From the human T2T-CHM13v2.0 reference genome, Homo sapiens, in NCBI RefSeq assembly GCF_009914755.1, contig NC_060925.1: a stretch of 64,000 nt of DNA; one strand, 5' to 3'. A program made the position numbers and the translations under genes. Positions within the stretch are counted from its first letter, which is position 1. Every line of letters begins with the position of its first letter. The notes beneath the pieces were generated by a model. That model saw nothing but the letters and a program-made list of their open reading frames with translations. It made no database searches and was not told where the DNA came from. Shown piece by piece: positions 58,734 through 64,000 of the stretch.

Positions 58734-59020
58734 TTTTTTTTTTTTTTTTTTTTTTTTGAGATGGAGTCTCACTCTGTTGCCCGGGCTGGAGTGCAGTAGC
58801 ACGATCTCAGCTCGCTGCAACCTCCACCTCCCGGATTCAAGCGATTCTCCTGCCTCAGCCTCCCCGAGTAGGCACCCGCCACTACGCTCAGTTAATTTTT
58901 TGTATTTTTAGTAGAGACGGGGTTTCATCATGTTGGCCAGGCTGGTCTCAATCTCTTGTGATCCACATGCCTTGGCCTCCCAAAGTGCTGGGATTACAGG
59001 TGTGAGCCACCGCACCCGGC
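58734..59020 (-). mobile_element. AluS with small deletions
   Basis: Poly(T) plus reverse-complement Alu ending gagccaccgcacccggc. Confidence 0.92.
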
Positions 59021-59570
59021 TGGAATGTTTAGGCTATCATTTATTGAGTGCTGTGTTCCATCAGCTTTGTAAACATTGACCCACTAGATGATCACAATAG
59101 GTTGGTTCTCTTTTTAACCATTTCGCAGAAATCGAGGCACAGAGAGGTTAATTACATGCCTATGATGGCCAGCTAGAGGGCGACTAAGTTCAGGTTCATA
59201 CCTAGGCCAGTGTGCCTCCAAAGCTGGTCTTTGTAAAGCCCTTCAAACAGAGAGATTCTGCGTGCTTGTGCTTGGTGGCCACAGGGTGGGAGGAGATTGT
59301 GCTCTGTCTCCCTGCCAAGGTTGAAGACTCTGGGGGAGGGAGTGGCAATGGGAGAAGCTAAGGGAAGGTGTCTTCCCTGAGACCTTAGGGAAGGCGGAAA
59401 CAAGTCCCGTGAAATTGGCCTGGATAGGAAACAGGTCCTCAGTCTACAACTCTGCGAAACCCCTGAGGACAGAGGCCCAGCTCAGAGGCCCAGGTGAGTC
59501 TAGCCTGGTCCGCTGCCCACAATCCCCTAATCTCCTGCTACACCATCGCCTAGTTATCTCCCCCAACATT

Positions 59571-59756
59571 TGGGTGGCCAGATTTAGCAAATTACAGGAT
59601 GGCCAGGTAACTTTGCAATTCAAATAACAACAAATTTTTTTTCAGTATAAGTATGGCATATTTGGGACAAATACTAAAAAATTATTTGTTGTTTATCTGA
59701 AATTCATATTTAATTGGGTGTCTTGTATTTTATGTAGCAATTCTATCTACCATCCT
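59571..59756. mobile_element. MER53 palindromic MITE
   Basis: gggtggccagatttagcaaattacaggatggccag...tttttcagtataagtatg...tttgggac...actaaaaaattatttgttgtttatctgaaattc...gtcttgtatttt. Confidence 0.85.
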
Positions 59757-60492
59757 TGGCCACCTCCCACACCATCCCCTGGTCTGCTGCCTTGCTATTC
59801 CCAGTGGAAATTCCTGGCCCCACGTAGACCAAATTGCTGTGTCACATTCCCTACCCAGAGCTGCCCAGTGATCTTTACCCAGCTTAGTTTCTCCAGGAGC
59901 CCTCCTCGAAGCAAACAGTTGCATCCCTGAGGACAGGACCGTGAGCATCCTGCCCCAAGTCACTCAGATCCTCCTGGGGGTATTAGGTTCAGGCTCCCTG
60001 TGGTGGTGGTGGTGGTGGTGCGGGGGCTTCTGGATAGCAAGGTAAAGAAGCTAATGAGACAAGAAACCTTGCCTCATAATTTGGAAAACTTCATCACTTC
60101 CCTGGCTCTGGGCCAAAGCAATCATTTTAAGGTGCTTGGAGCGGGGAAGGGGGACTGAGAGGAGGGTGGTTTGCTGTGGGTTTCTCCTCCCAGACTTGCC
60201 AGCTGCAGACAGGATATGGTTAATGAGCTGTGGAAGCAGAATTCACCCAGGAAATGATGTGGGGCCACCCTACACCTGTTTCCAAAGGCTGTGGAGCTCC
60301 AGGCTTGGAATGAGTGAAATCTGAAATCTTACTACCTATTTGGGGGCTCCCACTCCTCTCTTCAGACATAAATACAGAGATGGGAAAGGACTTGACAGGA
60401 ACCCATGGACTGAGGAAGATAGCAATGGGGGCGGGAAGGGGGAAGGGGAATTAGAGGAGCTGTGCTTTCTTTATCTGACTCCCCACATATGT

Positions 60493-60494
<2 letters not shown>

Positions 60495-60539
<45 letters not shown>
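60495..60539 (+). repeat. (AC)~22 microsatellite
   Basis: Perfect AC run. Confidence 0.98.
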
Positions 60540-60542
<3 letters not shown>

Positions 60543-61858
60543 TGCACTTACAGCTCAGGAGCTGGGGAGCTGAGCTCTCATGCCTATTCTGTGGCTCATG
60601 GTGAGCCAGTTGCTTCCCTTGTCTAGGCCTCAGTTTGCTCATCTATAAATTTTAGGAGAAGGGCTAGAATCTCTCCGGCCCAGCCTGCAGAGGTCCAGGA
60701 ATTTGGTATCCCCACCTAAGTATGATCTCTCTGAGAGCAGGGACTTGGCTTCAATCTCATGGATGACTGATCACTCAGAACCCAGCCAGCCTCAGGGAGA
60801 GTCCAGCAATGCTGGCTTCTGCTGCTGCTGCTGTCCCTAGACCTGAAGACTGGCCACAAAACCAGAGGCATTTCCCAATGTGTGAGCCGGGGCCTTCCCA
60901 GGCTGCGCTGGCAGAGGCTGCAGGGGAACCAGGAGCCTAAATTCCCAAGCAGGCAAATTACCCACTGAGCACCCTGCACCCTAGTGCCTAGGGACCAGTC
61001 CAGGAGACAGGGCAGAGGAGGACACATCTGCCAGGTGGCTCCCAGGGTCCCACCCCCGAGTCATTCTCATACTCAGTGCCACTGTTAATGCCTTCCGCTT
61101 TAGCTTAATTAAGCCATCTGCCCACATTAAATGGTAAATTATCTCAATCACTCCCTGGATCCCAGAGGGGAGAAAGAGATGAAAGGAAAATGTCATCCCT
61201 TGAGTGGAGCTGGAGGACTCTGCCCCACCTGTGATGACTTCTCCCTCAGTGAGAGACAGCCTCCAGTGTTTACAAATCCTTCTGTGTCCTTGAAAATCTA
61301 ACTCCACCTGTCATCTCTCTGCTTCTTTCTCTTCCTATAGGGAGGAGCGAGGCTCTTACATGTCTGACCATGGGTAGGAAAAAAGATGAGAGCTTTTCTG
61401 TTTTTCCTCTACCTTAGGGGTGCTTGAGTGTCTGTAATGTTGCTCTCTTCCAATAAGCCTGTTATTTTTGCACCCCTGTCAGCTCTCAGTTCTGCTGAGG
61501 AAGCACTGTGCTCCCACTGAAGTGACCTGTGAACACCACTCTGCTCTGCAGGCATGTGGCCAGAGGCTGGAGGATGGAGGGATCTCATTACAGGCATCTG
61601 TGGGTAAGTGGGGAGGTGTCTCCCAGGGTAGAAGCACCTTCTTCGAAGGGTTGCTGTGGACCAGGGGATGGCCCTTGCTTGGCTTTGCAGTTCCAGACAT
61701 TGGATTTATAAGCATGCTCGTAGTTGTTCAGGTTCAAGAACCATTGACTTACAGTCACTAAATCCCTAAGAGACTGATGAACCTGAGTCCAGTAAAAAAC
61801 TGGGAGACATGACTTAAGAGAGATTGACTCACAGTCACTAAACTTCTAAGAGACTGAG

Positions 61859-62278
61859 TGTCTTGGTTCATTTTGTGTTGCTATAGCAGAATACCCAAGG
61901 CTGAGTAATTTATAAAGAAAAGAGGTATATTTAGCTCATGGTTCTGCAGGCTGGGAGGTTCAAGAAGCATGGTGCTGGCATCTGCTTGGCTTCTGTGTGG
62001 GCTTTCTTGCTGCATTAAGACATGGTGGAAGATCAAAGGGGAAGTGGACATGTGCAAAGAGGTAAATTTCAAGGAGTGTCCTGGTTCTATTAAAGCCCAC
62101 TCTCAAGGGAGCATTCCTGTGAGAACTAGTTCAGTCTCACAGAGAGCAAGCGCTGACTACCACCAACCATTTATGAGAGATCTGTCCCCACCTGTCACCG
62201 GGCCCCACTTCCCAACACCGCCACATTGGGGATCAGTTTCAACATGCATTTTGGTGGGGTCAAACTCAAACCATAGCA
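61859..62278 (-). mobile_element. MST-family MaLR solo LTR
   Basis: tgtcttggttcattttgtgttgctatagcagaatacc...caaaccatagca; 5-bp TSD ctgag/ctaag. Confidence 0.85.
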
Positions 62279-64000
62279 CTAAGGAGCCCACGGTAAATGT
62301 AAAATGGTGAGTATTCCTACCAAGTATTCCCTTTTTGGTACCAAGCTTACCCAGAAAACTAATAATCAGAAGATTGCTTACTGAGTTCAGAACAAAGAGA
62401 CATTAGGTCAGGGGATAGGAAATTGTGATTAACGATGTCTGGTCCAGAGCCACTTGTCTCTCTCAGTGGAAGTGGAGACACACTGACTGGTTGTATTATT
62501 TGACTGCCCCTTTTCTGGACGCCTAGCAGACCCAGATCTTCAGTTGCCCTAGGCTTCCTTCAGTCAGACTGGGGACTACTGACTGGGCCCCAGCTCTCTT
62601 TAGCTACGTTTAGTCCTGACGACTTTTTTTGGACTTGGGTACTTCCCAGTCTCTTCATTATGCATTTACAAAGCATCATTTAGAGTGGGTCTTTTCTATG
62701 AATTGTTAATGCTTAGCTGTTGTACTTTCTTGAAAATGACTGAAGTCCCAGGTTCTGTTAATCTCTTTCTGTAGCTCCCTAGCTACACAGTTATTTTATG
62801 AATCATAAGTCATGCCCCCGGATCTCAGACAGACTTCATATGCTATTTCAGGGCACATTGGGCTTCTGCTGAGGCATCACTAAATGGAACCACTTGCTAA
62901 CTGTGTTACTTTGGGCACAACACTAAGCCTCCATGAGCCTTGGTTTCCTTGGGATAAAATGGGGATATTAATGATGATTTCACAGGGATACAAAGATCAA
63001 GGGAAATAGTCAAGTGTTATATCTTGATCATGTATCAAAATGGGCTGTGACCTCCTTACAGTGACTGTCATCAGTCAGAAGCCTCAAGGGATGCTTTCCC
63101 AGACAGAAATAGTCTTGTGAATATGCTTAATTTGTTTATTCACAAAACATTTATCAAGCACCTACTGTGTGACAAGCATGGTACTTGCAGTGAGAGAATA
63201 AATTTTCTTAAATGCTGAAATAATTACTTTACCGTGAGAGGTGAGGGTAGTACATTGACAACTAATATTGGGAACTTATTGTGTGCCAGAGAGGAAACTG
63301 ATTGCAGGTATCATTTTATTGAAGTCACACAATAGTCAAATGAGGTAGACACTTTTACTACTCCCATTTTGCAGATTAGCACACTGAGCTAATCAAATTC
63401 TTTAAGGTCAGACAGCTTGTATATGGTATAATTAGAACCCCGATCTGAGTGGCTGCAAAGATCATGCTCTCAACTAAACTCCAGAGAGGGATAGATTACA
63501 AGTGCAAAATCAAGATTGGTACAGATTAGACCCTCTTGCACTGTGTGTGTGATTTTCTTGCATGGTTATTAAATGTAATGTGTTGTATTCAAACATGACT
63601 GTGAGTTTAAGGCTACAATGTTTGGGTGAGTAAAAGGAGTATCTCCTTCAATAGGGTGAATAGTGATGAAAGAGCCCATAATGGAGACAAAGAGGATTCT
63701 CAGACTAGAATTCAGGAAGCAGAGGGAATGCCCCACGTAGGTGTGGCCTCCTGGAAAGTTAAGTGCAAAGGCAGCATCCACCACTTTGAGGTAAGCAGCA
63801 ATCAGGAAGTGGGAAAGGGGCAGTGGGCCAGGGAGACCTGCCATCTCTCTTAATAAGATCCCAGACCTCCAAAACCAGCATATAAGGGGACCTGGGCCTC
63901 ACTGCGTCCAACCCAGGGATTCATACTCCCCTCAGGGATGTTCTGACAATGACTGCTGCCTCTCTCATTGGGCTTCACGTCTAAAGGTCCAGCCCTTCTG

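Overview
Primate (almost certainly human) genomic DNA. The first ~13 kb hold the 3' half of KCNC4 (Kv3.4, Shaw-type voltage-gated K+ channel) on the + strand. This includes the large S1-S6 exon (1934-2870), a 204-nt C-terminal exon (4945-5148), a cluster of alternative phase-1 terminal acceptors (11191, 11819/11822, 11881) and a 3' UTR ending near AATAAA at 12974. Exon 1 lies upstream of the window. The remaining ~51 kb are repeat-rich and intergenic-looking: Alu/FAM, MIR, L1, L2, THE1B, MST, MLT1, ERV1 solo LTRs, MER and Charlie DNA-transposon fossils, plus a COA5 processed pseudogene. The most notable finding is a cryptic exon in KCNC4 intron 3 (7503-7669). It has an intact branch point and a phase-matched acceptor. 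It encodes a clear paralogue of the Kv3.2b/Kv3.3 'GYEKSRSLNNI...PSIL' C-terminus but appears to be decaying, with a frameshift near its end. Also notable are two independent retrotransposition sites hit twice at the same nick (triplicated target-site duplications) and a closely spaced inverted AluY/AluYd pair. Repeat subfamily names and paralogue sequences are from recall and need RepeatMasker/BLAST confirmation.
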